From Macrostomum lignano (taxonomy: Eukaryota), in NCBI GenBank assembly GCA_002269645.1, contig NIVC01000677.1:464940-528939 (forward strand): a DNA stretch of 64,000 nt. The letters run 5' to 3'. Each line of letters starts with the position of its first letter. Position 1 is the stretch's first letter. A program made the translations under genes and the position numbers. The notes under the pieces were generated by a model, which was not told where the DNA came from, searched no databases, and was given only the letters and a program-made list of their open reading frames with translations. Of this stretch, positions 51,721 to 63,695 are shown in pieces.

Positions 51721-51973
51721 CAAAATATTTCCAATGACTAGATCAAGCAACGCGTGAGTCACGCCATCTCCAGCCACCACAATTGACATTGGGCAGGTCT
51801 GTGCGTCACCTCAGGCGCCTGATTGTTCTCAGAGCTGAGCTATTCATAAATAATTCAGCGACTGTCGAGTAGCTATTGGCATTGCCGCGACTCACAGCCT
51901 AGAAATATATAACGCAGTTGTGCACTCTCAGAGTCAGGTTTGAGCATTTCAGATCTGAGACCGACTGGCTGAC

Positions 51974-54826
51974 ATGCTGACTGCAAAGCTGCTTGCTGTA
52001 CAGATGATCTTCTGCGTTACCGGTGAGAGAAGACAATTGTCTAAACTTTCTCACCTTAGGTTGACTGTTGCTCAAAAACATTCAAGAAACCATGTAGAAA
52101 CGTTTAAAGCTCGAACACTCGCATAAAAGTAACTTTATGAGGCCGTAGCCTAGTTGTCTAGCACGGCGCTCTGATGTGCCAGCGGCCCAGGCTCGATTCC
52201 AAGTGCAGTCACATTAATTTGGGGCTAAATTGGAATGTCGGCTTGGGTCTGCTTGTGCAATGAACGCAATGGCACAGTGATGTGTACATGCTCAGTGCTT
52301 AGCCTAATTATAAATAAAGTTAGGGCCGCTGTGCACTCCTGTGTCAGTGTGTGCCTGTGCGTATGACTGCGTACGTATCCGCGCGCTTGTGTGTCTGTAT
52401 AGGGGATTCGGCAGAATGGGGCAGTAATGCCTCTCGCCGGTTGTGTGACAATGTCGCTTAAAGTGCGCCAGGGTGCACACAGCCTCCTGCCTCCAACTGA
52501 AAATACAATTGTAACCTTCAAAAGTTCAATGACTGCGAGATAGGCGAGCTAAAAGCTTGTTAACACCGCCATCAAGTGAGCCATCAAACAAAGCCGCTGA
52601 TGCAAACGACGGAGTTATATTTGCAGGCTGCGTGTGACATCGAGCAAGTTGGCCTCAATTGATGGCGGTGTGCCCTACTGTGAACGAGTCTTAAGCTGGT
52701 CACGAATAAACTCAGCGAAATTTTAAAGTTTCCACTCAGAAACCACTGGTCAACTTTTCTCCGATCTCAGCCCCAAGTGACGCAATTCACACCGCACCCG
52801 CTGTTCTCGTCTCAACTGTGTTCGGGTGGAAACTTTGACACGTTGCCGAGTTCTCAAAATTTACTGCACACGTACATGTATTGCACATATTGTATCAGCG
52901 AATTAATGTCAAAACTGTAACGCACAGTCAACGCAGACTTCCTGCGCCTGGAGGCTAATGTGAGCATTCCCGGCGCGATGCAGCTACTCCTGAGCTACAA
53001 CAGCACCGTCAATATTGCTCCTGCGACCATCGACCAGCTGACTGAGGCGCTGCTCCCGGCTGACCAGGGCGGCAAAAGCCAAGCCGCAGGCTGGCTGAGC
53101 CTATCGCGTCTGCTCACGGTCGGCCCCTATAATGTGTCACAAGTAGGTACATATTCAGCCTCTGATTTTAGCTCGCAGCTTACTCATAATTCTTCTAATG
53201 ATATGTGTTCATCAGCTGAAATTAATTTAACGGATAGGTTATAAGTGACACGTTCGAAACGACAACTAGTACGACGACCACCACTACCACCACGACTCAG
53301 ACGACGACCACCACCACCACCACGACTCCAACGACCACCACCACAATGACTCCAACGACAACCACCACCACCACAACTCCAACGACGACGACCATCACCA
53401 CGACTCCAACGACGACGACCACCACGACTCCTACGCCGACCATGACCACAACGACTCCAACGACCACCAGGACTCCAACGACAACCACCACAACCACGAC
53501 TCCAACGACGACCACCACAACGACTCCAACTACGACCACCACAACGACTCCAACTACGACCACCACAACGACTCCGACGACGACGACGACGACCACCACA
53601 ACTCCAACGACGACGACCATCACCACGACTCCAACAACGACCACCACGACTCCAACGCCGACCACGACTACAACGACTCCAACGACAACCACCACAACCA
53701 CGACTCCAACGACAACCACCACAACCACGACTCCAACGACAACCACAACCACGGCTCCAACGACAACCACCACAACCACGACTCCAATGACAACCACCAC
53801 AACCACGACTCCAACGACGACCAACACAACCACGACTCCAACGACAACCACCACAACCACGACTCCAATGACAACCACCACAACCACGACTCCAACGACG
53901 ACCAACACAACCACGACTCCAACGACAACCACCAACCACGACTCCAACGACAACCACCACAACCAAGACTCCAACGACAACCACCACAACCACGACTCCA
54001 ACGACGACCAACACAACCACGACTCCAACGACACGACAACGACTCGAACTACGACCACGACGACTCCAACGACGACCACCACGACTCCAACGGCGACCAC
54101 ACGACTCCAACGACTACCACCACGACTCCAACGACGACCACCACGACTCCAACGACGACCACCACGACTCCAACGACGACCACCACGACTCCAACGACGA
54201 CCACCACGACTCCAACGACGACCACCACGACTCCAACGACGACCACCACGACTCCAACGACTACGACTCCAAAGACTACGACTCAACCGACTACCACAAC
54301 GACCTCAACTCTAACTACTACTATTACGACTCCAGCGACTACGACTCAAACGACTACAACTGAAACGACTACGACTCCAGCGACTACCACAACGACTGCG
54401 GCTCCAGCGACTACCACTACTACAACCACAGCAACCGCGTCTACTAGGGCTTCAACAGAAGTGACAATAAAAACGACATTCGCAACGACCTTATTGAGTA
54501 CCACTCAAACCCCTGAGTCTACTCGCAGCACTAACCATACAGTATCCAAAGGCACAAGCATGAGCAGCCTGCAGATTGGCCTGGTGGCCGCATGCTCCGC
54601 TCTATTAGCCATATTTTTACTCTCATTCACCCTGACGGTGCACCTGGCGGCCAGATGGTCGGTCGGCTGCCTGAAGCCCGATCCGGCCGCTGATGACGAT
54701 GGACCGCGGACCGCGCCGACTCACCAAGAAGTCGGCGCAGACAACGGAGGACTCCAGCTGCGCCAATGGGCGATGGAAATCGGCGTGGAAATTGTCGACG
54801 ATGACGGCATTCTGCTGAACGGGTAG
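51974..54826 (+). CDS. Type-I membrane mucin-like glycoprotein (exons 51974-52022, 52928-53142, 53238-54826), frameshifted in the Thr repeat
   Basis: Signal peptide MLTAKLLAVQMIFCVT-VNA joined through phase-1 sites (G|GTGAGA at 52023, CACAG|TC at 52927). Phase-0 95-nt intron 53143-53237. Thr/Pro-rich stalk, TM LQIGLVAACSALLAIFLLSFTLTV, cytoplasmic tail ending DDDGILLNG*. Apparent small deletions at ~53934, ~54031 and ~54100. Confidence 0.72.
52139..52505 (+). mobile_element. tRNA-derived SINE, family 2 (in mucin-gene intron 1)
   Basis: GAGGCCGTAGCCTAGTTGTCTAG..GGCTCGATTCC head; collinear with the reverse complement of 4490-4829. Confidence 0.8.
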
Positions 54827-55814
54827 TGTTGGCGTGGAGAGGGCGATGCATGAGACTGGATTGCTGAATTCACAATCTCTAGGAATGATACACAACACGC
54901 CAGTTAAAACCTCTTTTTGCATGTTAAATTGACAGTTTATGTTGCTCCAAACTATCCTGACATCTCTGCCAAAATCTTAACGTCTTTGACACATCTTTTT
55001 TGAGCTGCGTATTGAGTACCGCATGCCGTGGAATGTGGTGGTCCTTGGCAATATAGTGGAATTAATGCAAGTTAAGCAAGAAGGCGAAGTTTAATTTCAC
55101 TTTCTTTTGTCAATGCAGATTGCATTTTATGCATAACAACATACTTTGTGAAAGTGGAACATGAAAATTGTGACATTATTATAGTGCTCAGGATGCGTGC
55201 TCAGGCACACCAAGTGAGTACAGCACTGACTTTCTCTAATTGTCAGGCATGCATTGTTACTCATACACACCCAGCGCATGGACTTTCAACAAAGCCGTAA
55301 TTGACTTCATCTATTTACCTTCTCAGAGTTACAATAATAATATTAATAAACAAAGCCTGTGCGTGACGCAGTACGTGTTTTGTGTATTGTATTGAAGCAC
55401 GAAGGCTCTTAGAAACACTGAACAAGCGCGCGGCCATCTGATGGGTGGCTTAGCAAGCCAGAGAAACAATAGGCAAGACTATGGGTTGGGGCTCCCTCAT
55501 CTGTGGCAAATGAAAGCAAAGCTGCTGGCACAGTGCACGGGAAAGGAATGAAAGAAACTGAAAGACAGTCAACAGTGTTGGAGTCTCCTTCCCAACACAC
55601 GCAACGGCCTCCTAGAGCAGCAAGTTTCTCCTAGAAAAGCAGAAAGCCAACCCAAAGTAGGCAAGCGTAGCTATTGATTTTTCTTCCTCCCCCCTCCACA
55701 ACGGGGCAGCCTCAGCTTCCGTACCGGTGAGCCAAGCTATTTAAGTTTAGCACTGAGGACTGCAGAAAAGCGGATTGGCATGCCTGTGTAAAAAACACGA
55801 GCGTAGCTGTCAAG

Positions 55815-56620
55815 ATGCTGAAGCAGCAGCAGCAGCAGCAGCAGGCGGCACAGCAGCAGGTGTTGGACAAGAATCCGCGCCAGTACCAGGTGGCCGCGGA
55901 GCGACGCAACCGCTTTGAAGAGGAAGCCCTTCAGCGTCGGCTCGACTTCCTGCAATGGCGCGAGACCAACTTGCTGGCCAAGCATACTACGCGCTACAAC
56001 GACCTCCGCCGCAGCCTGGCTCTCTTCAAGGTGACCTCAGGCAGCAGCGGCCACTCCGAGCCGTGCCCGGGCCAGCCGGCAGGGTATCCACGCCTATAGC
56101 CTATAAGACTCCGAATCTGGTGCGCGAAGGTCGCGAAGCCATCAAGTGGGATCTGCAGCGACTCCGACCGGTTGAGGCCGTCAGTCCGGCGGACAAGGAG
56201 CTGTTCTCGCTGGACAATATGACCCGCTGGCGCGGCCGCGAGGAGGGCTGGGGCCGCCAGCTGAAGTACGTCCGCCTGCCGGTGCTGGAATCGCTGCCCA
56301 ACGGGTTTCACCAAAGCGTTCGCCGCGCCGAGTTCACCGTGGCCAAGGCACGCGGCTGTTCGGGCCGGCTGGCGCACCATCTGGAGTCGCTGCCGGAGCT
56401 GCAGCGCCAGCGGGACATCCGGAGAGCCAGGCGGCGCAACCCGGAGCGCAAGTTTATCGAGGATTCGGCCGTGGCCGCTCCGGTGCAAAATCGGAAAGCG
56501 CCCGCCAAAGGTGGCAGCGACGATATCGTTGAGGAGGATGAAGAGGAGGAAGATGAAGATGAAGAAGTCAGCGAAGAGGAAGCTGCTGGAAGGCAGCGTC
56601 GAGGCAATAAAACGCATTGA
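55815..56620 (+). CDS. Uncharacterised coiled-coil protein with acidic C-terminal tract; frame break or small intron near 56030-56110
   Basis: ORF 55815-56099 (poly-Q, ERRNRFEEEALQRRLDFL) overlaps ORF 55955-56620 in the -1 frame (ends EEDEEEEDEDEE...NKTH*). GC-rich, codon-like composition; putative polyA signal AATAAA at ~56607. Confidence 0.65.
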
Positions 56621-58279
56621 GAATCAAACACTTTTTGCCTGACTTGTACCAAAAGCGGATGTGTTTAGCAAACATAAATATACTCGAACATGTACTACGA
56701 GTTGATCGAGTAGCAGCTGGAGATTTACCAAATATACAGTCCATTTACAGCAGTATAGCTTGTGTCATCGAGAGCTGGAGCCCGGTAAGAAACGGGTATT
56801 TGTCGCATCGCTTAGTGCTTTAATTACGTAGTATATTATAGACGCCGGTGCAGAAATTTTTCGATGGGGCGCACCCATACAGAACTTGCTTAAAAAGATG
56901 ACACCGGCATTGAACCAAATCTTATGTCTTGGATCCACAGAACTGACGGAGGCGCGCACCCTTTCCGTCCCTTCTAAATCCGCCCCTGACGTTGACGTAG
57001 TGTGTGCATCTTTCGAGAGAATAATATTTTGATTGCGGAGAATATATGCAAATTTTATATGGTGATTTTCATTTCTGACTCAAATTTATTTTGTGCATTT
57101 TAGCCAAAAACAAAATTAGCTTAATCCAAAATTAGTGCAATCAATTGCGTAAAAGGATGGTGTAACAGTTCTTTTAGCTCTGCCTATCTAAATCTACTAA
57201 TGCCACTAAGTTGTTACAGACCTTTTGGTTCCTAGTTACTTTTCCACCGGTATTCACTAAATTGTCTATTTTAAATAGCATTGTTTGCCCCTAAACTGTT
57301 ATTCTTCTTGGAAATGTTCTAATTCACGTGGTTTCTTAGAAAACTTGTGATAGCGCGTTAGTGCCCGAGCGGTAAGACACTATCTAATTCCCTAATTTAG
57401 TCCGAAAGTCTAACGTTTTCCGAGGATCAAGGGTGTCCAACGGTAGCTACTTTATTCCCCTAATGCCTAATTTCTTGCGCCTAATGTCTATTGTTAGCCC
57501 GCACGGCTTTCTTAGGGTCTGTACGACCTCCAAATTCTCTATTCCAATTCCAGATCTCTACGACCTCAAGTCTCCCTATTCAGAGTCCTAGTTGGGTCTC
57601 CACGACCTCTGGTTTCCCTATCTAGAATCCTAGTTTTGGGTCTCCACGACCTCTAGTTATTCATGAACGCAAAGAAATAACGAGAGAAGTCTTAGCCAAA
57701 CTTCAAGTCTCTTTACTAAGAGCTCCTCAGCTATTAGGTAAGAATTTGGTTAGGAGCCAGAAGTTATTATTTTTCGAGTCAAACAGCTTACTTTTATACA
57801 GAAATTTATGAGGGAGGGGGGCAGCATTTAAACAATTAATAAAGTTATAACAAAAAAATTGAATTATTGTGGGATTTAAACAAATGGGGAGAAATTACCT
57901 GATTGGTTGCAATAAAATGTTCGGGTTTAGCTACTGTTAGTAATATAGATAGTTCATACAACCCTGCCTCAATGGGTAAAAATGGTTTTAAATCCAGCTA
58001 TTAAATCTATATACTAAATCTCTAGGGTTTGTATGCTTGAATGAATATGCTTGCTTGTCCATAACGCTCTAGATATTGCAATTATATACCATATATGATC
58101 AGCGTTCAAGTTTGAATCTCTTCTCTGTCCGGCCGTCACGTTATCTCGTAATCAAAGCAATACCTCGTAATTCGTACTCGTTTGTATTAATCGTCTTTAG
58201 TTGTTAGTCGTCACTTTTCGTCCAAAAATATCGTAAAAAATTCTGGCGCGCTTTCAAATACTTTATCTTTTACAATAAA

Positions 58280-58770
58280 AAAGAAACTGGAAAGTATAGA
58301 CCTAAAAGCACTAACTGAAGATAAACTTTCCCAAAGCTTTAAAAACGAGAAATACCTAGTGAAAAAGCACCTCAAGATACGACACAGAGAAAGAGAACTT
58401 AGCCAAAAACTAGAGAATCAGCAGCATATTAAACTCTACAAAAACGCGCCTACCTCTACAAAAAAATCTGCAGGCCCGACCTTTCAGATTACTTTCCATA
58501 CACATTTAGAAACAAAAAATTCTTAACAACCCTCCTAAAACTGAAATGCGAGATTACACCCAACTTTTTTTCTCAAGAACCATGTAAAATGTGTGTAGCG
58601 CGAAATGGTTCTGACATCCTACACTACTTGACCGAATGCCCACAAACTGAAGAGATCAGGAAAAAATACTTCTGTCAATACCTCTTAAATGGCAATCAAA
58701 AACACAAGATAGGATATGCTACAAATGAAAAAAGAGTCAGAAAAGAACTCACTGGTTGTAGCTAAAATAT
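58280..58770 (+). mobile_element. 5'-truncated non-LTR retrotransposon (LINE) ORF2 C-terminal remnant
   Basis: Translates (with one frameshift) to ...FLTTLLKLKCEITPNFFSQEPCKMCVARNGSDILHYLTECPQTEEIRKKY: a C-x2-C-x9-H-x4-C-P knuckle at 58583-58639, typical of LINE ORF2 ends. Downstream (TAC)n tails. Confidence 0.6.
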
Positions 58771-59971
58771 ATGAAGTCATGAATAGCTAGAACAGTTAAA
58801 CAAACTGAATCAGATACATTAGCAGTGTAACAAATCCGCTTTTCAGTTATTTATTAATTTACTGTATTTTTCAATTCCCTATTTAAATCGTCGTTATTCG
58901 TTAGACGTAAAGTTCGTGCGAAGTATGTTTATGTTCGTTTTTCACGCTTTGAAATATCACGCGCTTTCAAAAATCTACATCTTTTTACAAAAATCGCCTA
59001 TTATTGTAGAGCTATCCTTAATTATACTCGATATTTGTTATATTTGTTAATATCTAACTACCTTTTCTGAATCGAATTCTAGAAGAATCGTTTTGCTTAA
59101 AGTCATATATATACATGTACGACATTGATTTTTTATTTTTCCCTGCTTAGAATCTTGTTATTCTGGCGTTAGTCGTTAATCGGCTGAAAAACCGTTTCAA
59201 AAAAACTCTAGACGCTCTTTCAAAGACCTTTACTTTTACAAATATCGTAACTCGCATCGTAACTCGTGTAAAAATTTAACCTTTTGAACAAATACATCGG
59301 ATCATACTGGCAAAACAGGCTCCTTAAGCCTGAGCCAAATTTACTACTACTACTGCTAATGTCAAGTTTTTTGTCAACGGCATAAAATAGTTATTTTTTT
59401 TCTTTTCTTTTGGATTTTTCGTTCGAACTACATTCGCAACTTATCGTAATCAAAGTAATCTCGCAATTAAAGCTATACCTCGTAATTCGTACTCATTTTT
59501 GTATTAATATTTATACTCGTTGTCAGTTGTTAGTCGTCACTTTTCGTCCAAAAACACCGTAAAAATTCTGGCGCGCTTTCAAATACTTTATCTTTTACAA
59601 TTCGTCAAATCGTCTTTATCTTCTAATTCGTGCTTTATAAACTTGAGCTATATTACACTACTTGAAAATTTTTCTCAGTAATACATAGCTACAAATATAA
59701 TCATTGTATTATATGGCCAAACAGGCTAATATCAGCTTGAGCTTAAATTCTATCTAATACTACTACCACTACCCTTCGAAGTTCGTTTTTGTTCACTTTC
59801 GTTTTTACTTTTATTAACTGCGCTTTTTCTTTCGCTTCGTTAGTCGTCCAAGTATCGTTAATAACTTTTCCGCGTTGCATCGTACTAATCATAATTAAAT
59901 AACTAAAAATATTGTCTCCTATTCCTGAAGCAATCTTAAATACATAGAAATATATTGGCCAATAGCCAACT

Positions 59972-60006
<35 letters not shown>

Positions 60007-61108
60007 GTCAAATCGTCGTCAAATCGTTTTATAAACTTCTATTTCGAAAATTTTTCCAAATACATAGCTCTATAATATATTGGCCAAACAGGCTAATTGC
60101 TTGAGCTAAATTCTTACTACTACCACTACTGTCAAGCTTGCATAACAAACAAGAGGCTTCATATCAATATGTTGCCTCTTGTTTTTACAACTATTTTCGT
60201 AGTTAAATATTAAAAATATTAGAAATCGATGTTTTTTGTTGCTTTGAAAAATTAATTTGACCACATGGGCATGGCCCATAAGCATTGTCCGAGCCTATAA
60301 ACCGATTTTCAGTTTCAGTTTAAAATAAAATTAGAGGTAGGCCTAGACAGAGTGATTCAAATGCTTAGGCTAGGCTTAGTTCTAGGACTAATAAGCGTCG
60401 GTTCAGCGGCTGCATTAGTGATAATAATTTAGAAACTTTAACTTAAGCTTAAAACTATCCATTTTCTATTTGCTAATTACATGCACTGCATTACAATGTT
60501 ATTTTTATAAGCCTACTATTTTTAGGTGTAGGCCTAGCCTAAGTCTATAGGGGGCCAGAAGGCTATAGTATAGTATAGTATAGACGACTCTAAAGGCTTA
60601 GGCCTATAGATAATTAAGCCTATGGTAAATTTCTAAAACCTTCCAAGTGAAAATGACTTGCCCATTGGATCTTTATTCATTCTTTTCTTTATAAAATTTG
60701 AAGCTATAATAGTATAAGCTATGGCTAGGGCCTATGAAGTTACAAGTCTTATGCTTTCATATTTTCAGACTAAAAGAAAGACATGTCTAGCCTAAGACTA
60801 AAAGGAAAACATGTCTATTTATATACTAAGCAATAGGTTAGGCCTATACCTATGCCTTAGGATATCATTTTGGCAGATTATAGGGCCTAATATAGGCCCT
60901 AGCATGCGCCAAATTATTTTGCTAGGCTCTAACACTTGTTTTGAATTTGATAACAAGTAAAATTTATTTTAGTAACAAGAAAAGATCCTTTTGTGAAAGC
61001 TATTTTAGGCCCTAGTTCAAATAAAAAATTAAATTGTCAATTTTAAATGCTACCAATTTCAAAGAAAAGGTTTGCTTTGCTAAAATGGTCAAGTATATAT
61101 ATTATTTT

Positions 61109-61764
61109 GGGTACTAGTCATTTCGGTGACAAGATGTTTTGGTGACAGACGTTTCGGTGACAAATAGTCATTTTGGTGACAAGTAGCAATTGTGATAGAC
61201 ACACTTCATTTTCAATGAAAAATCAAAGATTTCATGAGTATTGTTATTTTAGTGATAAGAGGCGTTTCATAATATTTGGTTGTAGTTATTTTGTTAAGAT
61301 TTATGTTTCATAATGTATTTAAAATTTTTGTCGAAAGAATATATTTTAAAAAAGAAAGCAAACTAATTATATTGTTTTCTTCCTGTGCAGATCATTTTGA
61401 ATTGTCCTAGAGTGTTCAGACACATAAACCATAAACCTAGAGAGAATCCTCATGAAATGCAGACCACGAGAAAGGCGGAGATATTCACTCGTCAATGCTT
61501 TTGCATGTTTAAATTGGAAAACATAATTCAAAAGACTGCAACTCTATAATTGTAAATAAACAAAATTAAATACAGAAATACTTAACTGTTTAAAAAAATA
61601 TAAAATTTTAGGCTCAATATCCCTTAAGATTTTCTAAGTAATTTTCTGTTTAAAAACAGAATGGCTATAACTAAAATTGTATTTTTCTTGTCACCAAAAT
61701 GACTTTTGCTTGTCACCAAAAGGACTGTCACCGAAACGTCTTGTCACTGAAATGACTGTAATCC
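61109..61764. mobile_element. Non-autonomous Mutator-like (MULE/foldback-type) element, 656 bp
   Basis: Imperfect ~75-bp TIRs (61109-61183 and 61687-61764) starting GG, each with four (C/T)GGTGACA-type sub-repeats. Perfect 9-bp TSD TATTATTTT at 61100-61108 and 61765-61773. Confidence 0.85.
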
Positions 61765-63419
61765 TATTATTTTATAGTATAGCAGTTTGCAATCTTTTTG
61801 TAGGGGCCTATCTATATCTTATCTTATCTATATATTAAAAAATTCTTTATGCTTTTCTTTTTTTGCCTTTCATGATAAAGATCTTTGACTTTTGACAATG
61901 TCCAAGTTTCCCTTATTAAATTATTTTGGCACCAAATTAAAAAAAAACAAACCAAAACAAGTTTACTAAAGTATGCATTAGTAAAAGTATAGCTTTTAGA
62001 CTTTGATAAAATTATGTTTAAAGTTTAAGTTTATTAATAAAGTTTACTATAAGGTAAACTAAACTAAAGTTTATAACTTTGTAAAGTTTGTAAACTAAAG
62101 TTTACAAATGGTACCAGTGATAGACTTTTTAAGTCCCATCTGAACAAGTTCTTTGCTGCCAATGCCAACTATCCCAAGAAAAGTGCTTCTTTTTTGCAAT
62201 GTCAAAATAATTTAACTTAAGAAACTAGGACATTGCCTAATTTTTAGATTTGTATATTCTAAAATAAATTCAAAATGATCTGCATATTATTTTTTGTTGG
62301 CACTAAGATTAAAAAATGCATCTAATGTCTAAGTTCTAGATAAAAACCTTAGCTTAGGTTTCTTTTTGCTGGCACTAGGATATATTTATCTAAGGTATAC
62401 ATGTGCAATACTTAGCCAAGTTAGCCTAATTGCCTAGCTATCAAAGTGGCTAGCCAAGGTGAGTTGCAAAAATACCTACCAAAATCTAGACCGTACTAGT
62501 TAGATGACAAGGCATTTATCCTTAAAAATACAGTAAAAAGTCATAGTTATTTTTTCTATTTGAACTATTTGATTAAGCTATTGGTAGTTGAAATCAATAG
62601 TTGTTATTGGGCTATTAGAATTGACAACTAGATATCCTCTAAGTCAAAGCTATCCTATGATTTGAAACAGCTCATTTCAATGAAAAGATGATAAGTTATA
62701 CCAATATTGACATTTGTCACATTGATGTGCAAACTGACATGCAGTCATAGTATATGTGCATATTAGGTAGTCTGATGATACTATATTTATATAAATTGTA
62801 GATAGTAATAGCAACATTGGGATAATAGGTAGAAGCTGCAGCTACTTTTAAATATTCTGTTGGCACATTGTGACTGTGTTACTAATATAATTAACTTATT
62901 GCAAATTTACTTAACAACTTTATGATTGTAATATATCTGTACTTTACAGTTTTGTAAAGGAAAGAGTTCAGTGGGATGCCCTAAAGAATGTGGCAATTGG
63001 TAGTTCTAAATGCCTCGCAATAGCTACCCAAAGCATTCATCAATTGCTAATAATCAGGATGCCTCAACAAGTGATAGCACTTTTGCATGTTTGTTGTTCC
63101 TGTGCTAAAATAGTATGTTAAATCTTTAAATGTTAAATGTTAAAATAATCATTAGAGACTTGTGCTAATTAAGGCTACTTTATATAAAGATACTTTAGGC
63201 TTTATACTTTATACATTATAGCTACCTTAGTTATATAAAATAAACTATTTGCAAGAACCTGTGTCGCTTCCAGTTATGGCTCATTCAATTCTCATGAATC
63301 ACAGTTTCAGGCACGTATTATCCAAGAATTCGCTGTTAAAAATGAGCTCAACAAGTTGCGATAACCCAGTACCAAGGACCATGCCGGACACCAGCCATCT
63401 GTCTCGGCCGTTAAGAGCG

Positions 63420-63605
63420 GACTCATCGAGCTGGGATTACTCTCGAAGATCCCAACGCGCCGCCGGCTACTTGGGAGAAAAGCGTTGAAGTGACCCAAAA
63501 GATCATTGACAGTCTTCACAACCGGGCTGCCTACATACGAGTTTTACTTGGCGAGCCAGGGTACGCGCGCCGCCAGTCAGGCAGCTGCCGGAAAATCCGA
63601 CAGAA
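63420..63605 (+). other. Possible coding exon of an unidentified gene
   Basis: Open frame ..GITLEDPNAPPATWEKSVEVTQKIIDSLHNRAAYIRVLLGEPGYARRQ..; strong donor AA|GTGAGT at 63606; 5' boundary uncertain. Confidence 0.4.
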
Positions 63606-63695
63606 GTGAGTTTCCTAGAATTAGTCGATTGGGAATAGTTGACTATAGGTACCTGATATGTCTTCATTCCATCTCTTTGGCTGATAGGATTGGCT

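Noticed and set aside
53184-54286. Minus-strand Val/Gly- and Arg/Trp-rich ORFs
   Set aside because: They are antisense shadows of the Thr-rich mucin exon.
56060-56075. C CCG GGC as a programmed -1 frameshift site
   Set aside because: GGG is not a canonical slippery YYY, I see no clear downstream stimulator, and similar single-base deletions nearby suggest assembly error.
56840-56992. Possible small MITE ending ..CTAAATCCGCCCCTG (and an AGGGGCGTAGC start at ~21370)
   Set aside because: Only one convincing terminus in each case and no TSD; too degraded to call.
57120-57530. Minus-strand gag-like ORF or TAA/TAG-reassigned (ciliate-code) gene
   Set aside because: Every frame has many stops including TGA, and reading stops as Gln gives no recognisable protein.
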